Assembly: GCA_963752285.1 (NCBI GenBank)
Contig: CAVVXN010000005.1
Coordinates: 1,792,001-1,856,000 of the forward strand
DNA from: an uncultured Planctomycetota bacterium
Lineage (GTDB): Bacteria > Planctomycetota > PLA2 > JAEUHO01
DNA length: 64,000 bases
Direction: 5' to 3'
The notes beneath the pieces are model-generated. The model saw nothing but the letters and a program-made list of their open reading frames with translations. It was not told where the DNA came from and ran no database searches. The position numbers and the translations under genes are program-made. Positions 1 to 9,120 of this stretch are shown piece after piece. Numbering within the stretch: position 1 is the first letter of the stretch; every line of letters begins with the position of its first letter.

Positions 1-296
1 TTGTCCACGTCCTTCGCGAGCGTCTCGTACTGCGCCATGCTCTCGATCACCGACCGATCGATCGTGGAGATCTCACCGCGCTCCTCCGCCACGAGCGCCT
101 CGATGTGGCGACGCCGGTAGCGGGCGAGGTCGTCGCGACAGACGTAGCCGGCCGCCGACCAGTCCGGATGCTCGCGCGCGATGTGCTCGGCGACGGAGGG
201 CCGCACGAGGGCGGCGTACTCGAGGTCCCGCCTCGGGAGGGTGCGCCCGCAGACCTGACACCTGAGAGCGGGGCGGGGGCGATCGGCGTTCGGCAT
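1..296 (-). CDS. DUF1003-family membrane protein, N-terminal part (runs off window start)
   Basis: Not in ORF track. Manual translation from ATG 296 (GGAG upstream): MPNADRPRPALRCQVCGRTLPRRDLEYAALVRPSVAEHIAREHPDWSAAGYVCRDDLARYRRRHIEALVAEERGEISTIDRSVIESMAQYETLAKDVD, the pattern of DUF1003 protein N-termini. Confidence 0.7.
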   Translation of the reverse strand, partial: MPNADRPRPALRCQVCGRTLPRRDLEYAALVRPSVAEHIAREHPDWSAAGYVCRDDLARYRRRHIEALVAEERGEISTIDRSVIESMAQYETLAKDVD

Positions 297-341
297 GGCG
301 AGGCTCCGTCCGGGGCGCACCGAGCCGCGCCGGCGGGACCC

Positions 342-1652
342 TCAACCTACCCGCGCGCCGGTCGTCACCACCGCGGCCGAGACCTCGCCGTGGCGCCCGG
401 AGGAGAGGACGAGCGCGGCCTTCCCGCGCGGCTCGAACGGAGCGAGCGCGACGCGCGCGCGTACGGAGAGCGGCTCCCGGCACCCGACGGTACCGGGGAC
501 CGCGCCGCGACGGAGCGCAGCGAGCGCGACCACGACCTCGGCCAGCCCGTCGGCGAGCGCGAGGCGCCCGAGCGCGCCGCTCCACGACACGACGGGCGCC
601 CCCGAGACGGCCGGCAGGGACGCGAGCGCCTCGAGCACGTCCCGGTCGGCGTCGGGAACGCCGAGGGACGGCGCCACGACGAACGCGAGGTCCTCCGGCC
701 CGACACGTGCGGACGCCAGGGCCTCCGCGGCGGCGCGGCGCGCGGTTTCGCCCCGCGGCGCGGGAAGGTCGTCGCGGGGCGCGCCCGAGGCCTCGACCGC
801 GGCGAGGAGGAGGTCCGCCCCCGTTCGGCCGTCCGGACGTCCGAGGCACAGGGCGGCCGCGGCCTCGCCTGGGGCGAGGCCCACGCCCCGCGCGTCGAAC
901 GGACCGGGGAGCGGCGTGGGCCCCGCGCGCCGCAGACCGAGGAGCGCCTCGTCGTTTCGCGCGACGGCCGAGGCCGCCCGCCCCGCGCCGACGACGAGCG
1001 CGCGGTCCAGGTCGTCCCGGAGGAGCGCGCGCGCGGCGAGGTCCAGGAGCACGACGGAGGGCCCGGCGTAGCCCGAGACGCTCGTGTTCGGGCCGCGGAG
1101 GTCGAACAGGTTCGCGAGAAAGGAGAACGCGTTGTTCTTGAGGCTCTCGAGCAGGAAGAACGGCTTCACGTACCGCGCCGCGGCGCGGTTCAGCGCCTCC
1201 GCCTCGAGCGGCTTCGCGAAGCCCTCCGTCGCGAGGGCGAACGCGGGGCGCATCTCGACGCACGACCAGTCGAAGGCGTCCATCTGCGCGAGCCAGAGCC
1301 CTTGCCGGCCGCCGTCCGACGCGGCAGAGCTCCACCCCGCGCGGCCCCATGCCTCGAGCGCAGCCTCCACCGCGAGCGCGCCGGCGCCGTTCAGGAACTT
1401 GAGCTGCGCGTCGAGCTCGGGCGGGACGCCGCGACGGATGTAGGGCGGCTCGACCGGCGCGGCGAGCCCGCGCGCCGCGTCACCGGCGGCGTCCTCCGTC
1501 TCGCGCACGCCCGAGCGCCCCGCGAGCAGCGCGTCGAGGACCGGCGCCGTGCCGAAGCCGAGCGCGGTCACGAGCCCCGTGGCCACGACGGAGACCGCGT
1601 GGGGCCCGCGCTCGGAGCCCGCCGCACGGTCGGGAGAGGCCGCCGCCGTCAC
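342..1652 (-). CDS. Beta-ketoacyl synthase-like protein lacking the catalytic Cys (chain-length-factor-like)
   Basis: C-terminal part of ORF 342..2534. GTG start overlaps the upstream TGA (GTGA). KS N-terminus VVATGLVTALG and PFFLLESLKNN present, but SVSGYAGPS stands where SAC is expected and there is no HGT motif. Confidence 0.8.
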   Translation of the reverse strand: MTAAASPDRAAGSERGPHAVSVVATGLVTALGFGTAPVLDALLAGRSGVRETEDAAGDAARGLAAPVEPPYIRRGVPPELDAQLKFLNGAGALAVEAALEAWGRAGWSSAASDGGRQGLWLAQMDAFDWSCVEMRPAFALATEGFAKPLEAEALNRAAARYVKPFFLLESLKNNAFSFLANLFDLRGPNTSVSGYAGPSVVLLDLAARALLRDDLDRALVVGAGRAASAVARNDEALLGLRRAGPTPLPGPFDARGVGLAPGEAAAALCLGRPDGRTGADLLLAAVEASGAPRDDLPAPRGETARRAAAEALASARVGPEDLAFVVAPSLGVPDADRDVLEALASLPAVSGAPVVSWSGALGRLALADGLAEVVVALAALRRGAVPGTVGCREPLSVRARVALAPFEPRGKAALVLSSGRHGEVSAAVVTTGARVG

Positions 1653-2128
1653 CGTCCCGATCCCTCTGGACGCTCCGAGGCGTCCGCCCCGCCGCCAAAG
1701 AGCGCGGAGAACGTCCGCCGCGCGGTGGCCTCGGCCTCGAGGTCCGCCAGGGGCACGACGAGTCCCTCGAACTCGACGACGGCGCCTCGCGTTCCCGCCA
1801 CCCGGCTCTCGCCGCGCCAGACGCGGCGGTCGCCCTCGGCGGCCGTCCGCTCGAGACGGAGCTCGATCCGGTCGCCGGGGCCCGCGAAGTCGTAGTAGCG
1901 CGCCGTCCGGACCCCGTCGAGCAGGAACCAGCGGCGGAACTCCGACGTCCGCGCCTCGTGCCATCCCGCGAGCTGCGCGAACGCCTCGAGGATCAGCATG
2001 CCCGGCACGATCGGGCGCTCCGGGAAGTGCCACTCGAAGTAGTCCTCGGAGAGCGCAGCGTTCTTGAAGCCGCTGATCCCGCCCTCCGGGTCGCACGAGG
2101 AGATGCGGTCGACGAGCAGGAACCTCAT
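1649..2128 (-). CDS. 3-hydroxyacyl-ACP dehydratase, FabZ/FabA hotdog family
   Basis: MRFLLVDRI...WHFPERPIVPGMLILEAFAQ retains the His/Glu dyad motif. Confidence 0.9.
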   Translation of the reverse strand: MRFLLVDRISSCDPEGGISGFKNAALSEDYFEWHFPERPIVPGMLILEAFAQLAGWHEARTSEFRRWFLLDGVRTARYYDFAGPGDRIELRLERTAAEGDRRVWRGESRVAGTRGAVVEFEGLVVPLADLEAEATARRTFSALFGGGADASERPEGSGR

Positions 2129-2565
2129 ACGTTCTCCTCCGGGCCCTCCGGCGGGTCCTCCGCGCCCGTGGCGAGCATGACGACGGACGCGATCGCGTGG
2201 GCGTCGGTGTGGCTGAGCGAGAGCGCGACGTCCACGACGCCCAGCCTGTCGGCGACCGCCCGCGGCTTCCCCCGGAGCGCCAGGCGCGGCGCGGTCCCCA
2301 CGCGGACGACCTCCAGGTCCTGGAGCGCGCGCACGACCCCGATCGCCGAGAGGCCGAGACCGAGGGCCTTGAGCCCGGCCTCCTTCGCCGCGAAGCGCGC
2401 GGCGAAGTGGATCGCCGGGTCGGCTTGGCTCCGACAGTACGCGCGCTCGGACTCCGTGAAGACGCGGTCCTCGAAGCCCGGGGTGCGGTCCAGGGCCCGA
2501 CGGAGACGCTCCACGTCGACCAGGTCGACGCCATGGCGCAGCGCGAGGCGGGGCGCGGCGCTCAT
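2125..2565 (-). CDS. acpS: Holo-ACP synthase (4'-phosphopantetheinyl transferase)
   Basis: GVDLVDVER...FTESERAYC...AARFAAKEA...SLSHT. ATG at 2565 overlaps the fabG stop. Confidence 0.93.
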   Translation of the reverse strand: MSAAPRLALRHGVDLVDVERLRRALDRTPGFEDRVFTESERAYCRSQADPAIHFAARFAAKEAGLKALGLGLSAIGVVRALQDLEVVRVGTAPRLALRGKPRAVADRLGVVDVALSLSHTDAHAIASVVMLATGAEDPPEGPEENV

Positions 2566-3317
2566 GCGATCGAAAGCCCCCCGTCCACCACGAACGTCTG
2601 CCCCGTCACGTAGTCGGCGTCCTTCGAGCAGAGGAAGAGGACGACGCCCGCCACGTCCTCGGGGCGACCGAAACGACCGAGCGGCACGTGCCGGAGGATC
2701 TCGGGGCCGGCGCGGCGCCGGATGATCGCCGTCATGTCGGTCTCCACGAACCCCGGGAGCACCGCGTTCACTCGAATCCCGTGCGCGGCGACCTCCAGCG
2801 CGGTGGCCCGGGTGAGCGCGAGCACGCCCGCCTTCGCCGCGGCGTAGCCGGCCTGGCCCCGGCCCCCGCGCAGGGCCTGGATCGAGGCGAGGTTCACGAT
2901 CGACCCGGTGCGCGCGGGGAGCATCGTGCGGAGCGCGCGGCGCGTGCACGCGAACGCGCCGCCGAGGTTCACGTCCAGGGCGCGGCGCCAGTCGACGTCG
3001 CGCGTCGCCGCGAGCGGCGCGTCGCGGTTCCAGCCGGCGTTGTTGACGAGTATGTCGAGGCGCCCGCGGACCTCGACGACCGCGTCTACGAGCGCCTCGG
3101 CCGCCGCGACGTCGCCGACGTCCGCCGCGCGGACGTCGGCCTGGCCGCCGTCCTGCTCGATCGACAGCGCGACGGCGCGCGCCGCGGGCTCGTCCGAACG
3201 GTACGCCACCGTCACGTGCGCGCCGGCTCGCGCGAGACGCTTCGCGATCGCGGCGCCGATCCCGCGCGAGGCGCCGGTGACGAGCGCGACCCGTCCCTCG
3301 AGCTCCGGGTCGTTCAC
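2562..3317 (-). CDS. fabG: 3-oxoacyl-ACP reductase (SDR ketoreductase)
   Basis: TGASRGIG, NNAG, YAAAKAG, PGFVETDMT. GTG at 3317 overlaps the upstream stop. Confidence 0.9.
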   Translation of the reverse strand: MNDPELEGRVALVTGASRGIGAAIAKRLARAGAHVTVAYRSDEPAARAVALSIEQDGGQADVRAADVGDVAAAEALVDAVVEVRGRLDILVNNAGWNRDAPLAATRDVDWRRALDVNLGGAFACTRRALRTMLPARTGSIVNLASIQALRGGRGQAGYAAAKAGVLALTRATALEVAAHGIRVNAVLPGFVETDMTAIIRRRAGPEILRHVPLGRFGRPEDVAGVVLFLCSKDADYVTGQTFVVDGGLSIA

Positions 3318-4588
3318 GAGCCCTCCTCGAAGCGCCGGAGCACGACGCACGCGTTCTGGCCGCCGAACGCGAAGGAGTTCGTGAGCGCGATCCGCATCGG
3401 ACGAGGGCGCCCGCGGCCCGTCACGAAGTCGAGGTCGAGGCCGCGATCGGGCTCGGCGAGGTTCGCGGTGGGCGGCGCGACCCCCTCGGCCACCGCGCGG
3501 ACGGAGCAGGCGAACGCGACCCCCGCGGCGCCGGCGAGCAGGTGACCGAGCGCGCCCTTGCCCGAGGTGACCGCGGCCTCGCCCGCGTGCGCGCCGAGCA
3601 CGGAGCGGATCGCGAGGACCTCGGCCGGGTCGTTCCGCTTCGTGGCGGTGCCGTGCGCGTTCACCAGGTCCACCTCGTCGGGCGCGGCCCCGGCGTCCTC
3701 GAGCGCCGCGGCCATCGCCTCGGCGGCGCCGCGGCCATCGGGGCACGGCGCCGTGATCCGGTACGCATCCATCGAAGCACCGTACCCGGCCACCTCGGCC
3801 CAGATCCTCGCTCCGCGCCCCCGCGCATGCTCGAGCGACTCGAGGACGGCCACGCCGGCGCCCTCCCCCATCACGAGCCCCGCGCGGCGCCGGTCGAAGG
3901 GCCGGCACGCGGCGGCGGGGTCGGCCCCGCCCGGCGCGGCGGCGCCGAGGAGCACGAAGAACACGAGGCCGAGCGGGTTGTTCTGCGAGTCCGTACCCCC
4001 GGCGAGCACGAGGTCGGCCTCGCCGCGGCGGATCCAGCGGAGCGCGAGCCCGATCGCCTGGTTCGACGCCGAGCACGCGCTCGTCACCGCGTGGACCGGC
4101 CCCCCGAGGCCGAGTCGGGAGGCCAGTCGCGCGGCGGGTCGCTCGGCGCCTGCCGCGAGGATCGAGCCGCGGTGGACCCGAGGGAGGTCGTTGGCGAGGG
4201 CCGACGCGAGCAGCCGTCCATCGCCGTCGAGCCAGCGGTCCACGTCTTCGGGCCGGTGCGTGCCGGGGCCGACCCCGAGCGCGACGCCGCCGCGCGGACG
4301 GTCGCCCGTGGCAAGGCCCGCGTCCTCGAACGCGCGTACGCCGGCCGCGAGGGCGAAGAGCGTCCGCAGGTCGGCCGCGTCCGCGGCCTCGGGGAACGCG
4401 CGCTCGAGCGCGGCCCGCTCGTCGGCCGGGACCTCCCCGAGCGCGGTGGTCGGCGGGTGCGCGGCGCCGTAGCGTCGGGGCGCGTCGATCCCGACCTCGC
4501 CCCGCAGCAGCCGGCCCCACACGGCGTTCACGTCCGATCCCAGCGGCGTGACGAGGCCGAGCCCGGTGACGACGACGCGCGGTCTCAC
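3314..4588 (-). CDS. Beta-ketoacyl-ACP synthase II-type KS (active)
   Basis: RVVVTGLG, TSACSAS, NAHGTAT, GHLLAGAA, NSFAFGGQN give a complete Cys-His-His triad. Confidence 0.92.
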   Translation of the reverse strand: MRPRVVVTGLGLVTPLGSDVNAVWGRLLRGEVGIDAPRRYGAAHPPTTALGEVPADERAALERAFPEAADAADLRTLFALAAGVRAFEDAGLATGDRPRGGVALGVGPGTHRPEDVDRWLDGDGRLLASALANDLPRVHRGSILAAGAERPAARLASRLGLGGPVHAVTSACSASNQAIGLALRWIRRGEADLVLAGGTDSQNNPLGLVFFVLLGAAAPGGADPAAACRPFDRRRAGLVMGEGAGVAVLESLEHARGRGARIWAEVAGYGASMDAYRITAPCPDGRGAAEAMAAALEDAGAAPDEVDLVNAHGTATKRNDPAEVLAIRSVLGAHAGEAAVTSGKGALGHLLAGAAGVAFACSVRAVAEGVAPPTANLAEPDRGLDLDFVTGRGRPRPMRIALTNSFAFGGQNACVVLRRFEEGS

Positions 4589-5022
4589 GGCAGTCCCTTC
4601 GCCGCGGCGAGACGGCACCGCAGCGCCTCGGGATCGGGCGCGGGGACGTGCGCGAAGAGAACGCGTCCGATCGAGGCGATCCGCTCATCGCCGACCAGGG
4701 CCCACGCGGCGCCGACGGAGCCCTTCGGGTTCGTGCCGCGAAGCTCGCCGAAGAGGTCGAGGCGGGTTCCGGGGGGCAGGTCCGGCGGGACCCGGACGTC
4801 CTCCAGGACGGAGAGCACGGCGAGGAATCGGTACTCGTGGCGGACGACGGCGCAGAGGCCCGTCAACTGAAGGAGAGACTCGATCACGAGGGTGGACGGG
4901 AACAGGGGTCGTCTCGCGAAGTGCCCGCGGAGCGCCTCGTCCGCGAGCGAAACGTTCTTCACGCCTTCGATGCGGCGGCCGGGCTCGATCTTCGTCACGG
5001 CGTCGACGAGGAGGAACCTCAC
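4585..5022 (-). CDS. Second FabZ-like hotdog dehydratase
   Basis: C-terminal part of ORF 4585..6117: VRFLLVDAV...GHFARRPLFPSTLVIESLLQ. GTGA overlaps on both sides. Confidence 0.87.
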   Translation of the reverse strand: MRFLLVDAVTKIEPGRRIEGVKNVSLADEALRGHFARRPLFPSTLVIESLLQLTGLCAVVRHEYRFLAVLSVLEDVRVPPDLPPGTRLDLFGELRGTNPKGSVGAAWALVGDERIASIGRVLFAHVPAPDPEALRCRLAAAKGLP

Positions 5023-6185
5023 CGCGCGCCCTCCAGCACGAGGGCCCCCGCCGCCCCCTCGCTCGAGAGCGCGAGCACGATCGCACGCCCGGGCCGGACA
5101 CGCGCGGCCGTCGGGTCGCCGGGCGCCGGTCCGGCGTCGAGGCGCGCGCCGGCCAGGAAGCGTGCGGCGAGGGCGGTCGCGAGCACGGGCGACGCCGGTC
5201 CGAGGTGCCCGGTGCGCGACGCGAACGCGAACGTCGTCGCGTCCTCCCCGAGCGTGGCGGCGACGGCCTGGCGCTCGTCCTCGGCCTCCCGGGCGCCGCC
5301 ACCCCCGTCGAGGAGGACCGTCCACGGCCCGACGGCGCGGGTCTGTGTGCCCGCGTCGTGGCACGCCGCGTCGATCGCACGCTCGATCGTGTGCCGGGAG
5401 GGGCCGGAGCGCCCGTCCGCGGGTCCGAACGTGGTCGCACCTCCGAGGAGCCGCAGCAGGGGCGCCTCGGCGTCCGCCTCGCGACGGAGGCGACACGCCG
5501 CGGCCCCCTCCCCCGGCGCGGCGCCGTCGCCGAGGGCGATCGAGATCCCGCGGAGACGACGGCGGGCGAGCGAGGCCGGCGAGACCCGCTCGGAGGCGGC
5601 CGCCACGAGCGCCGTGTCCGTCGCGCCCTCGAGGAGGGCACCCCGCGCCTCGAGGAGCGCGCGGACGCCCGCGTCGGCCTGCGACGCGAGTACCACGTTG
5701 TCGCCGCGTAGGTCGAGGTCGATGGCGAGCTGACCCACGGCGACGTTGCCGAGCATCGAGAGCGGCCACAGGGGGTGGATCGCGCGGTACCCGCCCCCGA
5801 AGAACCGGGCGAGGTCGAAGCGCGCCGCGCCGTCGCGCGAGGCGAGGATGGACGGTGCGAGGTCCTCGACGGGGGAGTCCACCATCCCGAGCGCAACGTA
5901 GAGGCCGAGCCGGTCCCGAGCGACCGCGCGTGGAGCGAGGGACGAGAGCACGCTCTCGAGCCACTGCCCGTGGGGCCCCAGGATCCGGAGGGTCGGGTCG
6001 TCCTCGGGCCCCGCGGCGTCGTCCGGCAGCTCGGCGGCGTCGGCGGCGCCGAACGCGGACGCGTCGAAGCCTCGGACCGGCGAGACGGCCGTCTCGCCCG
6101 ACGCGAGCGCCGCGCACGTCGCGTCGAGGTCCGCGCCCAGCGCGGTCCGCGCGGCGACGGCCTCGATCGCGATGGCGACGCTCAT
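5019..6185 (-). CDS. Beta-ketoacyl synthase-like protein lacking the catalytic Cys (chain-length-factor-like)
   Basis: MSVAIAIEAVAARTALG, HPLWPLSMLGN; LASQADAG replaces the SAC motif. ATG 6185 overlaps the KS stop. Confidence 0.8.
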   Translation of the reverse strand: MSVAIAIEAVAARTALGADLDATCAALASGETAVSPVRGFDASAFGAADAAELPDDAAGPEDDPTLRILGPHGQWLESVLSSLAPRAVARDRLGLYVALGMVDSPVEDLAPSILASRDGAARFDLARFFGGGYRAIHPLWPLSMLGNVAVGQLAIDLDLRGDNVVLASQADAGVRALLEARGALLEGATDTALVAAASERVSPASLARRRLRGISIALGDGAAPGEGAAACRLRREADAEAPLLRLLGGATTFGPADGRSGPSRHTIERAIDAACHDAGTQTRAVGPWTVLLDGGGGAREAEDERQAVAATLGEDATTFAFASRTGHLGPASPVLATALAARFLAGARLDAGPAPGDPTAARVRPGRAIVLALSSEGAAGALVLEGAR

Positions 6186-7498
6186 CCGACGGCCCCGGCC
6201 GCGCCCAGGCAGAGGCAGCCGTTCTGACCGCCGAACCCGAACGAGCTGGACAGCGCCGTCTGGTGCTCGAGGGCGCGGGCCTCGTTCGGGACCACGTCGA
6301 GGTCGCACCTCGGGTCCGGCGCCTCCTGGTTGATCGTGGGGAGCAGAACGCCCTCGCGCATGCCGATCAGGGTCGCGATGGCCTCGATCGCGCCGGCGGC
6401 TCCGATGGTGTGCCCGATCATCGACTTGTTCGACGAGACGGGGACGTTCGGCGCACGGTCCTCGAAGAGACGCCGGAGGGCGGTCGTCTCTACCGGGTCG
6501 TTCGTCGGCGTGGAGGTGCCGTGCGCATTCACGTACTGGACGTCGTCCGGCGACATCCCCGCGTCCGAGAGCGCGCGGCGCATCGCCGCGAGCGCGCCGT
6601 CGCCGCGCGGGTGGACGTCGGTGATGCGGTACGCGTCGGAGGAGTCGCCGTAGCCGAGGATCTCGCCGAGGACGGGTCGTCCTCGGGCACGCGCGCCCTC
6701 GAGCGTCTCGAGGACGAGCGCGCCCGCACCCTCCGCGATCACGAACCCGCCGCGGCGGCGGTCGAAGGGGCGCGACGCCTTCTCGGGCGTCGGGTAGCGG
6801 CGGACGAGAGCTCCGAGGAGCGCGAATCCGAGGAAGTAGCTGTACGTGAGGAGCGGCTCGACGCCGCCCGTCACGACGAGGTCGGCCCGACCGTCCCGGA
6901 GGAGCCGAGTCCCCTCGCCCACGGCCTGCGTGCCCGCGGCACACGCCGAGACGATCGGGATCGTGGGACCGCCGGCCCCCACGAGGCGCGCGACGAGGGC
7001 GGGAACGGTGTCGGGCAGGCGGATGCTGGCCTGGCTCGGCTCGTACGCGCGGTCGCGGGCGAGCCCCGCGAGGTCCACGGCGCCGTCCTCGGACGTGTGA
7101 CGGAGGACGACGAGCGCCTGCTCGGCGGTCGGGGTGTAGCCGTGGCCGCCCAGGAAGACGGCGACGCGTCCCGGGTCGAGCCCCTCGGGCACCCGGCCCG
7201 ACGGCAGCGCCTCTCGGAGCGCGGTCCGGTAGAGACGGAACGCCGTCCCCCCGTCGGCGTCGAGCGGATGCGGCTCGGCGAGCTCGGACGTGTCGACCTC
7301 GCCCGCGATGTCACACGGCAGGCCGGTGGGGTCGAAGCGCGTGATGCGCCGGATCCCCGACCGGCCCGCGCGCATCGCCCCAAACGTCGTCTCGGCGTCG
7401 GCGCCCAGGCACGTGACCGCGCCCATGCCGGTCACGACGACGCGCAGGGCGGGGTCGCGCTCCCGCGCGGGCCGTCGGCGTCCGCTCGCGCTACTCAC
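6182..7498 (-). CDS. Beta-ketoacyl-ACP synthase II-type KS (active)
   Basis: RVVVTGMG, IVSACAAG, NAHGTST, KSMIGHTIGAAG, SSFGFGGQN. Confidence 0.93.
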   Translation of the reverse strand: MSSASGRRRPARERDPALRVVVTGMGAVTCLGADAETTFGAMRAGRSGIRRITRFDPTGLPCDIAGEVDTSELAEPHPLDADGGTAFRLYRTALREALPSGRVPEGLDPGRVAVFLGGHGYTPTAEQALVVLRHTSEDGAVDLAGLARDRAYEPSQASIRLPDTVPALVARLVGAGGPTIPIVSACAAGTQAVGEGTRLLRDGRADLVVTGGVEPLLTYSYFLGFALLGALVRRYPTPEKASRPFDRRRGGFVIAEGAGALVLETLEGARARGRPVLGEILGYGDSSDAYRITDVHPRGDGALAAMRRALSDAGMSPDDVQYVNAHGTSTPTNDPVETTALRRLFEDRAPNVPVSSNKSMIGHTIGAAGAIEAIATLIGMREGVLLPTINQEAPDPRCDLDVVPNEARALEHQTALSSSFGFGGQNGCLCLGAAGAVG

Positions 7499-8060
7499 CG
7501 GCGAAGAAGTGATGCTCGTCCTCGACCTGGTGGATCCAGCGGCGCGTCAGCTCATCGCCCTCGGGGTAGGCGGCGGGCTTTCCGCACGCGCCGCACTGGA
7601 CCTTCAACCCGTCGGGCGAGGTCCACGCCGCCTCCTGGCAGTAGGTGCAGGCCGTCGGGAGCTCGGCCGTGATCCCCTGGACGCTCTGGACGAGGACCAT
7701 GGGGGTCACGAGCGTCGGCACCTCGTCCGCGTACATACCCGCCTCGAGGCCCGGGCGGTCGCCGAGGTACAGACGGAGCAGCCGGGCCGCGCCCTCCGTG
7801 ATCTGGTTGTTTCGATCGACGGCCTTGCCTTCGCCCAGCTCTTCCTCGACGTGGTCGAGGAGGAGCTGCGTGGCGAGGCGGATCCCGAACGCGCTCTCCA
7901 GCCGGAAGTTGATGTCGAGGAAGTCGATGGAGGTCGCGCCGAGGTCGTTCATGATCGACCGGTCGAGGCCGATCCCGCCCTCTTCGCGGCGCAACGTGAG
8001 GGCGAGGGCCTTCCTGACCTCGGTCTCGATCCGCTCCCGCGTGATGAAGGGGTTCGCCAT
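7491..8060 (-). CDS. Extended acyl carrier protein with C-terminal CxxC-x14-CxxC zinc-ribbon-like tail (189 aa)
   Basis: C-terminal part of ORF 7491..8771 from ATG 8060. DLGATSIDFLDINFRLESAFGI is the phosphopantetheine attachment motif; CTYC...CGAC lies near the C-terminus. Confidence 0.85.
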   Translation of the reverse strand: MANPFITRERIETEVRKALALTLRREEGGIGLDRSIMNDLGATSIDFLDINFRLESAFGIRLATQLLLDHVEEELGEGKAVDRNNQITEGAARLLRLYLGDRPGLEAGMYADEVPTLVTPMVLVQSVQGITAELPTACTYCQEAAWTSPDGLKVQCGACGKPAAYPEGDELTRRWIHQVEDEHHFFAGE

Positions 8061-8123
8061 GCCCGCTTGGTGCCTCCCGACGCCGGTCGCGCCCCCCCCG
8101 ATGGCTCTCCGACCGGGGGAGTA

Positions 8124-8154
8124 GGGGGTGTACACCCCCCCCGGACCCTGGCAA
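8124..8154 (-). promoter_or_regulatory. Putative sigma70-like promoter for the ACP-KS operon, overlapped by a 16-bp palindrome
   Basis: Minus strand TTGCCA-N16-TACACC. Perfect palindrome GGGGGTGTACACCCCC at 8124-8139. Confidence 0.4.
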
Positions 8155-8179
8155 GGTCCGTGGACGCCGCGGGCCGTGC

Positions 8180-8974
8180 CTACGCTCGCGGCGCGTCGGG
8201 GGCGCGCAGGAGCCGGTTCGAGAGCCCTCGATCCACGACGATCGTCTGTCCCGTGATCCCGGCGGCGTCCGGGTGGGTGAGGAGGGCCACGGCGCCTGCG
8301 ATCTCTTCCGGTCGGACGAAGAGCTCGTCCGGGAGCTCGTCGAGCCCGCGCCACAGACGCCGGAGCGTCTTGAACGCGTCCGTCTTCGCGAGGCCCGCGC
8401 AGACCGCGTTCGCCCGCACCCGCTTGTCGCGCAGCTCCTCGCCCCACTGCCGGATCATCGCCTCCATCGCCGCCTTCAGGGGGCCCAGGGGGTACTGCGG
8501 GTTCATGAAGCGGGAGCCGAGGCTCGAGACGAAGACGACGTCGCCCCCGCGGCGTTCGAGCAGGGGAAGCGCCCGTTGAAGACAGAAGACGGGGCCGTAG
8601 AGGTTCGTCTCCACGAGCTGAACCAGGTCGCGCTCGAAGAGCCGCCAGGTCTCCTTGAAGGGCGCGCGGGCCGCGTTCAGGACCAGCACGTCGAGGCGGC
8701 CGAACGTTGCATCGATCTCGCCGACCACCCGCCCCACGGCCTCCTTGTCGGCGACGTCGGCGTAGAGGCACGTCGCGCGGCGGCCCAGGCCTTCGATCTC
8801 CCGGACGAGGGCCTCCGCCGACGCTGCGCCGGGCCCGCCCGGACGGCGACCGTGGACGACGACGTCGGCGCCCGCGCGGGCGAGCCGCGCAGCGATCGCG
8901 TGGCCGACGCCGCGCGTGCTGCCTGTGACCCAGGCGACCTTGCCCGAGAGAAAGGCCTCCGGCGCCTCGTTCAC
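8180..8974 (-). CDS. SDR oxidoreductase, FabL-like enoyl-ACP reductase
   Basis: TGSTRGVG, VLNAA, SSLGS, YPLGPLKAAME, ITGQTIVVD; located at the head of the fatty acid/polyketide cluster. Confidence 0.75.
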   Translation of the reverse strand: MNEAPEAFLSGKVAWVTGSTRGVGHAIAARLARAGADVVVHGRRPGGPGAASAEALVREIEGLGRRATCLYADVADKEAVGRVVGEIDATFGRLDVLVLNAARAPFKETWRLFERDLVQLVETNLYGPVFCLQRALPLLERRGGDVVFVSSLGSRFMNPQYPLGPLKAAMEAMIRQWGEELRDKRVRANAVCAGLAKTDAFKTLRRLWRGLDELPDELFVRPEEIAGAVALLTHPDAAGITGQTIVVDRGLSNRLLRAPDAPRA

Positions 8975-9120
8975 GGGGCGACGCTCAGGGGGCAGGGCCG
9001 TTCGGGCGGCGAAGCGACGTTCGCGGGCATGGTGCGGGTTGTAGCACGGCCGACGCCCGGCCCCCGTGACGGCGGCGCGCCCCTTCGGCCCGGGGAGGAG
9101 GAGCCGTAGGATCCGTCGTC

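Noticed and set aside
342..8974. Calling the cluster a ladderane or aryl polyene pathway
   Set aside because: No radical SAM/B12 enzymes, aromatic starter ligase or glycosyltransferase in the window, so the product cannot be assigned
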